A stretch of DNA of 64,000 nt. Source: Eledone cirrhosa. Taxonomy: Eukaryota. This document shows positions 15,290 to 29,300 of the stretch, piece after piece. Under the pieces are notes generated by a model that was not told where the DNA came from, did not search any database, and saw only the letters and a list, made by a program, of their open reading frames with translations. The stretch covers positions 176,142,001-176,206,000 of the forward strand of contig OZ024741.1 of the NCBI GenBank assembly GCA_964016885.1, written 5' to 3'. The position numbers and the translations under genes were made by a program. The number at the start of each line of letters is the position of its first letter. The stretch's first letter is position 1.

Positions 15290-15950
15290 CTTGTGAAGAA
15301 TTTGGAAAGGTGAAAATATATGGATAAGATTAAAACATGGCAGGACACATTACTTCAAAGCAATTGAAAGATTAATGATCTACATTTCCATAATGGAATT
15401 GTGGAATTTATTATGCTATATAGCAAGAAACGAAGATGTTGCTAAGCTCTGAGATTGGGCTGTATTGATCCCCATCTTCACATCGATTTAGAGAAATGCA
15501 TTACTCAGTCTTTTGTGTGATGCGTGGATAGATATTTTGTACAGGAGGAAATATAAGAAACTGTTTCGGGGAGAACAACCATAGCACTTTAATGAATAAC
15601 ACTGCAAGAGAAAAGTTATAGGTTTCTTTTGGCTGCAGCTAGAATAAATAAATCCGATTCTTATTAAATGCGTGTGTATTAAGATCTCAAAACAACGTTG
15701 TTCCATATCAATACCTGCGACGTTAAATTGTTTGGTTACCGATATTGACTTGGTAAAATCACAATATATTTTTCTATCTTGGGCATATTTTTCTATTCTT
15801 TCGGCAGACAAAACGGCGAATGCGTTATCCCACAGAATGGCGACACAAATAGTCTAAAAGTATTGATCTAGCAAAGGCTCATTGCTGCCAATGATCACAT
15901 CTAACTCGATAAATTTACCAGCTACACACATTTGATTAGATGAACTCTCT
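15290..15950 (-). pseudogene. Decayed intronless class A (rhodopsin-like) GPCR pseudogene, TM3-TM7 remnants
   Basis: With single-base repairs the minus strand gives W(TGA)SLAAMSLC(TAG)..AFAVLSAER[Y]RKICP. Cys to Arg spacing is 74 nt against 75 expected. A TM5-like P..FLLYKI and a TM7-like SIYFHLSKFF follow at plausible distances. Confidence 0.55.
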
Positions 15951-16154
15951 TAGTATTTAAGCAGTACTTCTTTTATTGTCACCAAAATGAGGAAATTCTA
16001 AGTGTGTGGTTATTGAATTCAGTCCACTAACTCTTGGGCTTTGGTCCAGTCCTATTGAGTGGCGTCTTGAGCAATTGTCTTGAATTTGGCCTCGTTTTAT
16101 CAATGGCTTCTGAGAGGAATCTTTTTGACAGAAACTGTATGTAAGTCCGTCGAG

Positions 16155-16200
<46 letters not shown>

Positions 16201-17264
16201 AAATAACAGATTATATAAATATATTTGTGTGGGTGGTCCATGTCTGGGTTTATTTCTAATTAACAGTCCGATAACAAGTTATCGACAAATAAGTACTAGA
16301 CTTGAACAAAAAGGAAATGTGTTGCGGTGTGTAGGACCAACTAAAATCACTTTAATGCAGCGCTCCATTATTGTTGCAGTCAGATGGCTGAAACCAGTAG
16401 AGGAATATGGAAGTAAAAAAGAATAAACACAAGGAATTTTGCCTGCCCTTCTCCCGTCCCTGCCAACAAAGAGACATTGTTCTGGTATGTAATTACTAAA
16501 TTATAATGCTGCAGGTCTTAGGGGATTTCATTTAATTATGTGTTAATTAGCAGTATCTAATCAGATGCTGAAAATATTCATAGCGAGATCTTGCATATTT
16601 ATTATACATAAACATAAACTAATATGCCTTCAGATACACAACTCTATTAATTATATAAAGCATAGGTTTATATCTCTTTTATTCGTGGTTTGATATTAGA
16701 GAAAGAAAACAAGGAGAAACTCTTAAGATTAACTACATTAAATAAGAAGTTCTTCTAGCGTCTGATAGCATCTGACAGCATCTAGCTCTGACAAGAATTA
16801 ATGGATACCGTACATTATTGTGGCATCAGCAAACCTGAAGACAATGATGACTCAACTCAAATTCGTAAACAAAATTATAGTTCAACTGTTATTTTTAAAC
16901 TACATATATAGTTCACTGATTACTATTGACATAATTCAATGAAATGTGTAGCCATACATATATAGATTCAACAGATGCTACTGAATCACACACATATATA
17001 GTTCAACGGATATTATTGCCTTAAGCTTATATTTCAACAGATGATGTTGACTGGTAAATGTAATTCAGTGGAACCACAACAGGCAGTACTTTATTTGTTT
17101 CTACTTCATTAGAACTGAAATTACGTTATCCAATATATAACCGTCGAAACGGCTTGAACTCTGCCGTCGAGGTCATACTTTTTCCTATTTCCCACTCTAC
17201 TACCCTAAGTATTGAGTACTCTGGTGCGTTATGGTCCATCTGGTTCCTTACCACAATTCTTTGT

Positions 17265-17306
<42 letters not shown>

Positions 17307-17408
17307 GTGTGTGTGTGTGTGTCTGTGTGTGTGTATGAAGTGTGTGCGAAGTGTGTGAGAGTGAGGGTACATGCGTGCACACACACACACACGCACATAT
17401 ATATATAC

Positions 17409-17439
<31 letters not shown>

Positions 17440-17849
17440 AAGGGAGAGAAAGAGAGAGATATCGATAGAATTATAGATAAATAGATAGAGATAGGGGAAG
17501 GTGAGCGGGGATAGAGATGGGATCATTTCGGTGTTTCAATGGAGATCAATACATAAATTGCACTGACAAAGTTTTTAAATTGTGATATTGAAAATATACG
17601 AGCTGTGGTTAATATGATGGTCTACTTACTAGACGTTGACGTATTCAAGCCTTACCCCTACAGCTGCTGTGTTGTGTAATTGAATGAGGTATACATTGAT
17701 GTTCCTCTTCCGAACAATTCTTCTCCGCAATTTCCTCTCTGGTATTAAAACAAAGATACATTAGTCAACGCTGGCACGCCGTTGCTCATTGGCCTACGAT
17801 ATCGGGGCTGAACTGAGGCTAATCATTATCCCTTTTCGAATATCTAATA

Positions 17850-18005
17850 GGCCAATTGGCAGAGTCGTTAGCACCTCGGATAGAATGCTTTATGATATTC
17901 GATCGGGCTCTCTGTTCTCCGAGTTCAAATCCCACCGAGGCCAACTTTGCCTTTCATAATTTCGAGGTCGATGAAAAAGTACCAGTCAAGTACTGGGATC
18001 GATAA
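17850..18005 (+). mobile_element. tRNA-derived SINE
   Basis: TGGCAGAGTCGTTAG..GAGTTCAAATCC..AACTTTGCCTTTCAT..GAGGTCGATGAAA. Confidence 0.8.
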
Positions 18006-18209
18006 TTCCACGCCCTGGAAGAAATCTGCTGTACTGGAGAGGGATGGGCTCCGCCAGGCTTAAAATTCCTAAGGAACGCCGTAGGTCAATACGGCGCCGC
18101 TACGACTCTATCAGCAGTTACGGGACCATGCATACGTATTTTATAATGTATCTAATATGTATGAGTTTTGGTTAGTTCTGGCCGTTAATGCTTCTTATCT
18201 GTTTAATTT

Positions 18210-18249
18210 GCCTGATGAGTCCTTATTAATGGGACGAAACATTGTAGGC
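18210..18249 (+). ncRNA. Minimal hammerhead motif with weak stem I
   Basis: GC-CUGAUGA-GUCCU..GGGAC-GAAA-CAUUG-UA-GGC, immediately before (CT)n(AT)n. Confidence 0.65.
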
Positions 18250-18254
18250 TTCTT

Positions 18255-18320
<66 letters not shown>

Positions 18321-18405
18321 TAAGTTATTCCGGGTTGAATCGGAGGTAACCACAGTAAGTAAGGTACTCAATGCATAGCAGAGTATAAAAGTTTTAATAT
18401 AGGTG

Positions 18406-18456
18406 AGATTCTACAGAACTAGAACTGTTTCATTATTTAGAAATCATCAGGAATCT
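18406..18456 (-). ncRNA. Type I hammerhead in an (AT)n-anchored element spanning 18319-18895
   Basis: AGAUUC-CUGAUGA-UUUCUAAAUAAU-GAAA-CAG..CUG-UA-GAAUCU; the element body has a ~190-bp internal duplication. Confidence 0.7.
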
Positions 18457-18898
18457 GGCTTTCCGAAATAAATGTTGTGGTATTTATATCTTTTCAGGTG
18501 GTAGGAGAGGGTGGGGAGTGGGATGGGTGGAGGTCATTGGTTGAAAGAAAAGGGAAATCATTAAAAGCTAATTCTTTAAGGCTATAATTTATATTTAGAG
18601 TGACAAAGGCAGAAAGAATTCTATAAACAAGTTCAGATTGGGGTGCCACTCCTTATTTTTAAGTTTCTCTTAAGGTAACAATGCCTATATTTCAGGTGTC
18701 TATAAGATGGTAGGAGACCAGTCATGGTTGATGGATTTAAAGAAAAGGGAAATTCTTTAAAAGTTAATTCTTTAAAGCTCTACTTAGAGTGACAAAGGCC
18801 ATGAGAATTCTATAAACCAGTTCAAAATATTGGGTGCCTCTCATATCATTATTGTCATGTTTCTCTTAAGCTATATTCCAGGTGTCAAGAGACACATT

Positions 18899-18954
<56 letters not shown>

Positions 18955-18972
18955 TACACACACATACACACA

Positions 18973-19181
18973 TCGAACATTGAAAAAGTCATAGGATTGA
19001 AGAGTGCTCTATGTAAATACCAGAGCAAAATTTAATGAATAATAAACAATACAATATAATTACCTCATTACCAGAGGTTTCCCGAATGAGACGAATACGA
19101 AAGAAACGTCCTCATTCGTTCGTATTCGTCTTATTCAGGAAACCTCTGGCAATGAGGTAATTATATTGTATTGTTTATTAT
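18973..19181. mobile_element. Family C pLTR 3' end as a fold-back (arms 19039-19104 and about 19119-19181)
   Basis: Reverse-complement arms; matches 51560-51720 and 54297-54458. Confidence 0.75.
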
Positions 19182-19187
19182 ATATTA

Positions 19188-19943
<756 letters not shown>

Positions 19944-20181
19944 TGAAAAAATGAAACGAAATTTCATTTCCCACACTTAGTACGGCTGTTACTTAAATAT
20001 AAGTATGTACACGTACATACATATATGTATACACAGTGGGAAATGTAATTTCGTTTCATTTTTTTCGTTTATCGTTTTCGGTGCACCCGGCCGATTAACC
20101 CACTCGATATACAAATTGGGCTACTCAGCCGTTAATATGCATAAAGTGGGTATATACGTTCACAATCTGGCAGGAAGGTAT

Positions 20182-20224
20182 ACGTTGCTGACGATAGCTA
20201 ATAAGCTTGAAACTAGTACTGCGT
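20182..20224 (+). ncRNA. Minimal hammerhead with palindromic stem III (family E)
   Basis: ACGUUG-CUGACGA-UAGCU AAUA AGCUU-GAAA-CUAG-UA-CUGCGU; the element 19943-20340 has an inverted repeat at about 19946-19974 / 20037-20066. Confidence 0.7.
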
Positions 20225-20534
20225 TCCTTTGTCAGTGTTGAACAAACGAGCAACATTGGTTGCTGGACACTACGGCATAATACGGGATGTTTGTTTACAA
20301 ACACACCGAGCATTATAATAAGTGTTCGGTGGATCCATACGTACATATATATATGTGTGCATGTACGTATATATATATACATACTACTGTACGTCTGTAT
20401 ACACATATGTATGTACGTGTACATACTTATATATATACTTACATATATACACACACACACACATATATATATACATATAAAAATGTGTATATATATATAT
20501 ATATGTGTATATATATATATATATGTATATATAT

Positions 20535-20622
<88 letters not shown>

Positions 20623-20720
20623 ATATATATGTATATATATATATGTGTGTGTGTATATATGTATATATATATATGTATATATATGTAAGGTCTTATATAT
20701 ATATATAAGTCTTACATATA

Positions 20721-21093
20721 TAAGGTCTTCGCAATGTTTTTAATTAAGCATACAGTGTATTGTAAAATACACTATATATACATTCATATATATATCGCTA
20801 TTCCAGGGCACCAATTCTAATTTTTAATTTCTGCTTGACCGGCAATTGTTCTGTTTAATCAGTTCCTGATTATTACTAGAATTCTATAAGAATCAAACAT
20901 TCAGGATTTTCAGCAAACAGCCGGAGTAGTTAGCTTTGATAAGCACCAAAAAATGCGAAACAGAGCTCTGTCAGCTTTATCTCCCCTGTTTGCTGAAAAT
21001 TAAAGTAAGTGAGACTGTCACTATTCTAAAACAATAGCGTAAGGTCTTCGAAATGCTTTTAATTAAACATACAGTGTATTTCAAAATACACAC

Positions 21094-21097
<4 letters not shown>
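20721..21097 (+). mobile_element. Retrozyme-like non-coding element, 319-nt unit with ~50-nt terminal direct repeat
   Basis: TAAGGTCTTCG..CATACAGTGTATT..AAAATACAC occurs at 20721 and 21040; internal hammerhead; (AT)n flanks. Confidence 0.7.
20906..21000 (+). ncRNA. Type I hammerhead with compensatory U3-A8 core (UUGAUAA) and long stem I
   Basis: AUUUUCAGCAAACAG..AGCU-UUGAUAA-GCA..UGC-GAAA-CAGAGCUCUG-UC-AGCU..CUGUUUGCUGAAAAU. Confidence 0.8.
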
Positions 21098-21144
<47 letters not shown>

Positions 21145-21379
21145 CAGCCAATTTTCCACGCAATACTTTTAGTTAACACCCCGAACACATAATATGGGAA
21201 TATAATCACTTATTTCCTAATATTTGTTGAGTGAGTTGGAATTTGGCCGGAGTATCGCTAAAAAGCTTTCTCCGATATTGTATTTATTTATTTACTCTTG
21301 GCGCAGCAGATTTGAAAAAAAATCCCGGTATAAGGTTATCATTTCTTTGTTTATTTTTAAAAAGCTTTCTCCGATATTG

Positions 21380-21441
<62 letters not shown>

Positions 21442-22037
21442 AAATAGAAGTCGTATATCATAAGTTCGTAGGAGAAATCGACCATATCAGATACAAAGAG
21501 GGCGACCGAATTTTTCATCATCTATATATATAAAACTGATGTCTGTCTCTCCCCATTTTTAAAAAGTCTATACAAATCCACATTTCTACTCCGATTGACT
21601 TGCATTTATATATTCCTTGTGGTCTAAGGATATTAACTGCCGCTTTTTTTTATTTTCTGTTGTTAAATGGTGTTAGGCGCCGGTTATCCATCTCCGTCGC
21701 GCTCTTACAATATCTGTCTGTATGCCTGGCTGTCTGCTCAACGTCATTGCTGACATATACCCTTTTCTAAATATATATTTATTTATTTATTATTTGTCGT
21801 ATTCCCAACTTTTTATTTTCATTTTTATTTTTATATATACAATATTTTTTTTATATATACAATATTTATTTTTTATATATATATATAATTATGTTCTTTC
21901 TCATATATATATATATATATATTGAGTTATATATGTATATGTGTGTGTGTATGTACGTATGCATACTTATGTGTATGTATATATGTGTGTGTAGGTATAT
22001 ATGTGAATGTGAGTATGTATGTATGTGTATATATGTG

Positions 22038-22099
<62 letters not shown>

Positions 22100-22847
22100 A
22101 GAGTTAAATAAGGTTCATATGAATTATCTAAGAATGAGTTTTACACACATATATATGTGTGTGTTTGTATTTGTATGTACGTGTTTGTGATATGTATGTA
22201 TATGTATGTGTATATTTGTATGGTTATGTATGTATGTGTATGTATATATGTATGTGTGTGTATATATGTATATGTGTGTGTGTGTATGTATTTGTGTATG
22301 CGTATGTATGTGTTTATGTATTTGTATATGTATATTTATATGTGAGAGTGTGTGTATGTATTTATTTTTACGTATGTATGTGTACGTGCATTTGTGTGTA
22401 TTGCTTACCACGTTCATTTATTTGTTGCCTGTATCGCTGTCAACATTATAATAGTCTTTATATTCATTTTTATGTTTTTTATTATTATATATTTTTTCTT
22501 ATATTCATTTGTGTGTGTGAGTATGTAGAGGTGTGTGTATATATTTCTATTTTTGTGCATGCGTATGTATGCGTGTATATATGTGTGTATGTATGTGTAT
22601 GTATGTACGTGTGTATATACGTATGATTGTGTGTATGTATGTATGTGTGTGTATGTATATGTGTATGTATATGTATGTGTATGTGTATATATATATATAT
22701 ATGTGGGTGTGTGGTAGTATATATGTATGTGTATGTATGGATATGTTGATATTTATGTGTGTATGTATGTATGTGTATATGTATGTGTATGTATATATAT
22801 ACACATATATATGTGTGTGTATATGTGTGTGTGTGTATGTATGTGTG

Positions 22848-22900
<53 letters not shown>

Positions 22901-23036
22901 ATGTATATAATTGTGTGTGTGTTTGCATGTGTGTTTTTATTTTATTTTTCCTTTCCTTCTTCCTTTTCCAGCCTCACTTTCATATAGATTGCATTTTTGT
23001 TTTTAAAATCCAACGTCAATAAATACACCAGGATTC

Positions 23037-23097
23037 TTTCATTCTGATGATTGAAAGCACCATTCTTTTGCTTTTAAGAAACCACTGGTAAATGAAA
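23037..23097 (+). ncRNA. Canonical type I hammerhead (family D) ending a ~1.3-kb TG/TA-rich element
   Basis: UUUCAUU-CUGAUGA-UUGAAAGCA..UGCUUUUAA-GAAA-CC ACU GG-UA-AAUGAAA; (AT)n begins 30 nt downstream. Confidence 0.88.
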
Positions 23098-23122
23098 TAA
23101 TTGCCTTATGTTGTTTATTACA

Positions 23123-23830
<708 letters not shown>

Positions 23831-24999
23831 CAGTATTTTCACTAAACTTAAGACATAGGTTACTTATGTACTCCGGATAGTCATGGGGACTTTCGTTTTT
23901 CCAGATATTAATTATAGGGACTCCCGGCAGATAACCCCCTTTAACCACTTCCTTGGAGTCGACTGAAGCACTGCAGTGCAATGCAACAAAACGTCATAAC
24001 TTCTGGAGTTCGCAACCGATTTTCACAAAACTTGACACATGGGCTACGTTTGTCCTACAGATGAATGTGAACTCTCAGAATTGGCACATATTGAGTAAGC
24101 TACCCATGTGGGCAGGAACCCCCTTTTGGAAAAAGCCGATGATTTTGTAAAAGTATAGTTTTCGAAGTAGCACTGAAGTATTGACATAAATGGTATATGC
24201 AACTGCTATTTAATACCCGAGCAACGCCGGGTACCTCTGCTAGTAGTTTATAACTTGGCAATTTGCAAGTACTTTTGAATGTATTTTTTGTCATGTAGCA
24301 TGAGGTAAAGTTCATCTTTATCCATTTTGTGATATCATTATAAACATTTGTAATTTTCTGTAACGATTCTAGATCAAGATGTATTAATAGCTGATTTCAG
24401 ATTGAATTGAATTCTATTCTGTAAACACCCCTTGTGTTTTTATATTGTTGAAACATTGTGTAATGAATAAATAATGTTGATAAGTGTGTTTTGATTCTCC
24501 ATCATAATTTTCAGTTTATATATATATAACTGATTTGATCGCGGAAAAATAAACAAGTGGAATACTCCCTCTCTTGGTCAAAACTCTACATGCTTTTCCA
24601 TATATAAATGGATCTATATCTGGGGGGTTGTGATCTCTGTACTACAGAGACTCTTCACATCATAACTAGTAGACATAACATTACTAATAAACGGTCTGAC
24701 ATTTTAAATTCATGTTTACACAAAATTAATAAGACATTTCTTAGAGTGTATAGTTAAAACTTAAATAATGTTAAATACACCACCAAATAATTAATTAAAC
24801 ATTAATTAATATATTATAACATCAGCATCAAAGTACAAATATCTAAAATTAGAATTAGTATCTAATCTCTTGATTCCTAGTGAGGCATACATGTCTCACT
24901 AGCAATCAACCGACCAATCTGGTAACTTGATACGCTAGCCAGTTCACAAGCAGCAATGGAAATTGGAATATCTATCTCCCACAGATATAAGAACTGCTA

Positions 25000-26250
25000 C
25001 TTGCTTACTGGCCAGTGAAGGGAATAACACGTATGGCCGCTAATATATCTCTGTATATTCACATCTCGTTTGGATTTTTGTCTGAAGGTAACAGTTGTTA
25101 TACAACTGCCTTACGTCTTTGAAATACGTATAACAAAATAAATAGGGATGTACAAATGAAACCGTCTTTCTTGTTTATTATTATAATAAAACTCCGGCTG
25201 AACAAAAACCGTGGAGTGCTTTTACATCTGTTAAGATAAAGTTGGCAGATTTTCAATCAACGAACCTTCTTCAATTGAATAAATTTATGCTCTTATCCTA
25301 GTCGAGCGCTTTCTTCTATAACAGATACCGAAAAGATGGAATCTTTTAATATCTCAACATCACTTAAGTATGTACTCATACCAGGAAAGAGAGAGTTTAC
25401 CAAATAACTAATTGAGAAAATTGATTTCTTCGTACGTAGAATGCGATATGTGCTTACCATTTTGATGAGAAATCAAGTAAAAAACGGAATAACCTAGCTA
25501 AGAATAATCTGGAATGAAAATTTAGAACAAAGGAAATACAAACAATGGAAAAACCCATCATATAACAAATATCTAGCGTAATTTGAAAACGAAATGCTCA
25601 AAATCAAGCATGGCGTCAGATTCAGGAAAGATACATACAGATGTCAGGAGCACCTGAAAAATGTAAAGGACATGATTAAGGAACTTCAGAAAGTTAAGAA
25701 AATTGTGGTCCACTCTGACAAAACCAATAACCTGTTTGGATTAGATAAGGAAGAATATAATAAACTAATGATCAGAGAACTAAGAAAAAACTATCGTAAA
25801 ACGACCTCTGAAAACCTTGAATCAATAAATAAGAAAGATAAGAAATAGAGACTAAGCTAGTGATTAAACACTGCACGGAGCCTTACATACCTAGAACAGT
25901 GAGGATTAATATGAAATACCATAAAAACAATTTTGAATCAGATCTACCAGTTAGACTTATAGCACCATCGAAAGCCGACATAATAATCATAACTAAGAGC
26001 ATACTAAAAAAGGATCATACCACCATTAAAGCTGAGGACACAACTTAAAACTATGGAATGGAACCAATGAAGTTATTGAAAATAGGACTAAATTCATACA
26101 AATGGACATAGCTAGCTACTACTCATCAATTTCAGCAACAGGACTCAAGAAGGCCCGGATCTTGCCAATGAGGAAGTTAACGATAATAGATTTCAACGGG
26201 GAATTAAGAACAAAAACCGTGGAGTTAAGAAAAGGTAGGAAGTTTTTCAA
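25000..26250 (+). mobile_element. Second coding PLE family, degenerate 5' half (pLTR hammerhead remnant at 25076-25138, N-terminus and RT start)
   Basis: MESFNISTSLK..LIEKIDFFVRRMR; HSDKTNNL..YNKL; K.HKNNF..PVRLIAPSK; MDIASYYSS. Multiple stops. Confidence 0.7.
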
Positions 26251-26256
26251 TACATA

Positions 26257-26350
<94 letters not shown>

Positions 26351-26354
<4 letters not shown>

Positions 26355-29300
26355 ATGTTTTGGGAGGGTCATGTTGCCAATAAGAAACACACGCACCTGT
26401 TGCTTTCACTCCAATATATTATAAATTAAATTTATAAATTTAAGAATTTATAAATTTCCGGTTGTTCATATATTGTCAAAGTTCTTTCGTAACACATTCT
26501 GTGACCTCTTCAGTAACTGGGAATTCTTTTCTTTGTTTTGTGCCTCTCCTTTGTTCTGTCCTACGCCATCTTGGTTTTGTGTGTATTGTGTGCCTAGTTT
26601 GCGCATGTGTTACATCCGGATGTCTGTGTGTGTTTTGATTTGTTTATTTATTTGTTTATTTACATGTTACTGGTTGGTTGTTTGTTCTAGTTGTGTGTGT
26701 GTTTTCATTTTGTCCTTAATTGTAAGTTGTGATGTTGCTATTCTATTCATGTTTTCTATTTAATTTTGGTTGGAGTTCATTTTGGTTGGAGTTCATTTGG
26801 TTGGAGTTTATTGCCTGTGTCATTTGTCTAAACATTGCGTCTTTTCTCAGTGTAGATTCTGTGTGTAGTTGTATATGTACACTATATTCTTATCTCTACA
26901 TTGTCCTTCAGTACATCTTATGCTATATACTACATTTCTAGTTTTGCAGTTAATATGGGGGCTTAGTTTACAGATTATGCATTTCTTATCTATACAGGGA
27001 GGTCTTTGAAAAGGGTATGTATTGCTAATAAGTGTTTTTATGGAGGTTCCTGGTCTGTTTCTACTATCTTAATATTAAGTTTATGTTTATCTAGGGCCCT
27101 TCTAAATTTGTAAGCTAATTCACCTCTAGGGGTTGCATTGATGAACATTACACTCTGGTATTTATTGCTATCATACCATGAGTTTATTCTATTAACCTTA
27201 TTCCTAGTTCTTTCTATTCTATTCCAAAATTTGCTCATATACAAGGGGCAGGTCCCATTTGTATCATTATTTACCATATTTTTTGACTCTGATGAATTAT
27301 CGATATTACAGCTACCACCTAAATATGCCACATATAATAAGGTAAATATGACAAAATATTTGTCAGAAATAGAAAAATCATTTACAAAATTACGTTGGAG
27401 CCTCAAAAACAAAAACGAAAACAAAAGTAACAACATAAGCACACACGCACATACAACACACATCTCAACAACAACAGACACACAGACACAAACAACGATA
27501 ACAACAACAAACACATCAACAATAATAACATACTCAGAGACAACAACAACATACACACAGACACAAACAACAATAACAACAACACCACACATCAAGAACA
27601 GGACACATCAACAACAACAACAGCACACACACATTCTATACATCTCACCACCACCACAGTCTTAACAAACACACAGACACAGAAAATAGGTAATGACAGT
27701 AGCACAGAAGTAAAAGAAGGTAATGGGATTGAAAGGAGAAGGGAGACTATCGATACTGACAGAGAAAATAACCAGGAAAAACACACAGACACACAAAATA
27801 GAGTAGATAATAACAATGAGCCAGAGGAAAGAGACAGGAGTAATAATGAGAGACATAGAAACAACCATGAGGCTGTTGGTGGAAATAGAAATAGAAACAA
27901 CACAACTAATAATAACAATAACAATAGTACGCATAAAGCAGCAGCCTGGAATTCTACTTTTTATAATCCTCCGATATGTACTTCGACCTACGATGAGTCC
28001 ATTCACGACTTTAGCTTTTAACAAACGCACGCAATTGCCGTCGGAAGCTGATGAACAAACAGAAACACAATTTGGTATATCTAGATCTAAACTTAGAAAT
28101 ATTATAGAACAGTATAGCAAGAAGCAAAATAGAATCGAGGCCCAGCACCTGGGAAAAAATCCGCAAATGGCTTGCGTAAGCTCATGCAGCGCTCGCGTAA
28201 TGGAGAGATTTCATGCTTTCCAACAGACATGTCTGGCAGAATGTCGATTGACAGTCTATCAAACTATATCCAGGCAATGCAAACCCACATCACTAACACA
28301 AGAGAAGTAACACCACAAGAGCATGAGGATAGGGACAAAACCCTCAATGCCCATATGAGGATGTGGACAAACATAATGCAGCCCAATAAAAGGATGGCCA
28401 ACAAATTACAGGCCTGGAACAATGACGTGCCAGCGTTGTATGGGCTTCGAAAAGACTATAAGATGAGCAGTGACCCTGACACAGGACCACCAACACGGTC
28501 TTCTGTGGAGCTAACATTGCTAGTAACTACAGACTTACCTACTTCCTCTCCCAGATCATACGACCCATCATTGAAATGTCCCCAGATATATGTGACAGCA
28601 CGGAGGATCTCCTCAGCAGAATCAGCGAAAATAACCGATCTAGGGACCTAACAGACTGTATAATAGGTAGTATGGATTTTGTGTCCCTATATCCATCCAT
28701 TGACGTCGATTTTGCTGTGGAGAAATGCGTAGAAATGACCAGTGAGAGCAACATGAATCCGTGGGATTGATACCGGTGAGCTGTGACTCCTACTTAAACG
28801 TACTTAATGTAATAATTATCTAGATACATATGACCTTAGCAACCTGTGCCCTACAAGACCAGCAAGAAGCAGACCACATACCATTACCTCAATGGCCAAG
28901 AAAACCCACACAGAAAGGTGGAACGGGTGGACCAGAGCTATACGGACCCCCCGAAAACCACGATGAACTAAAGAAAATGATTGCACATCCGGTGGGGGCC
29001 AGTATAAAACTAACCCTTAAGGAACATATGTTCAAATTTAATGGAAAAACATATGCCCAAGATGAGGGAGAAGCCATTGGTGTTAGCATTGCAGGTGACA
29101 TAGCTAACCTATTCATGGTATGGTGGGACAATAAACTTAAACTTAAACTTAAAGAACAATTAGAAGACAGCAACTTCTTAACCCTGATAATGTATTCCCG
29201 CTACGTTGATGATATAAGCATCGTAGTAAAAAACACCCCAACTAGAAAACAGTCAGGAATTAGAGAAAAACACAATGGAAAGCATCCAGCAAATAGCTAA

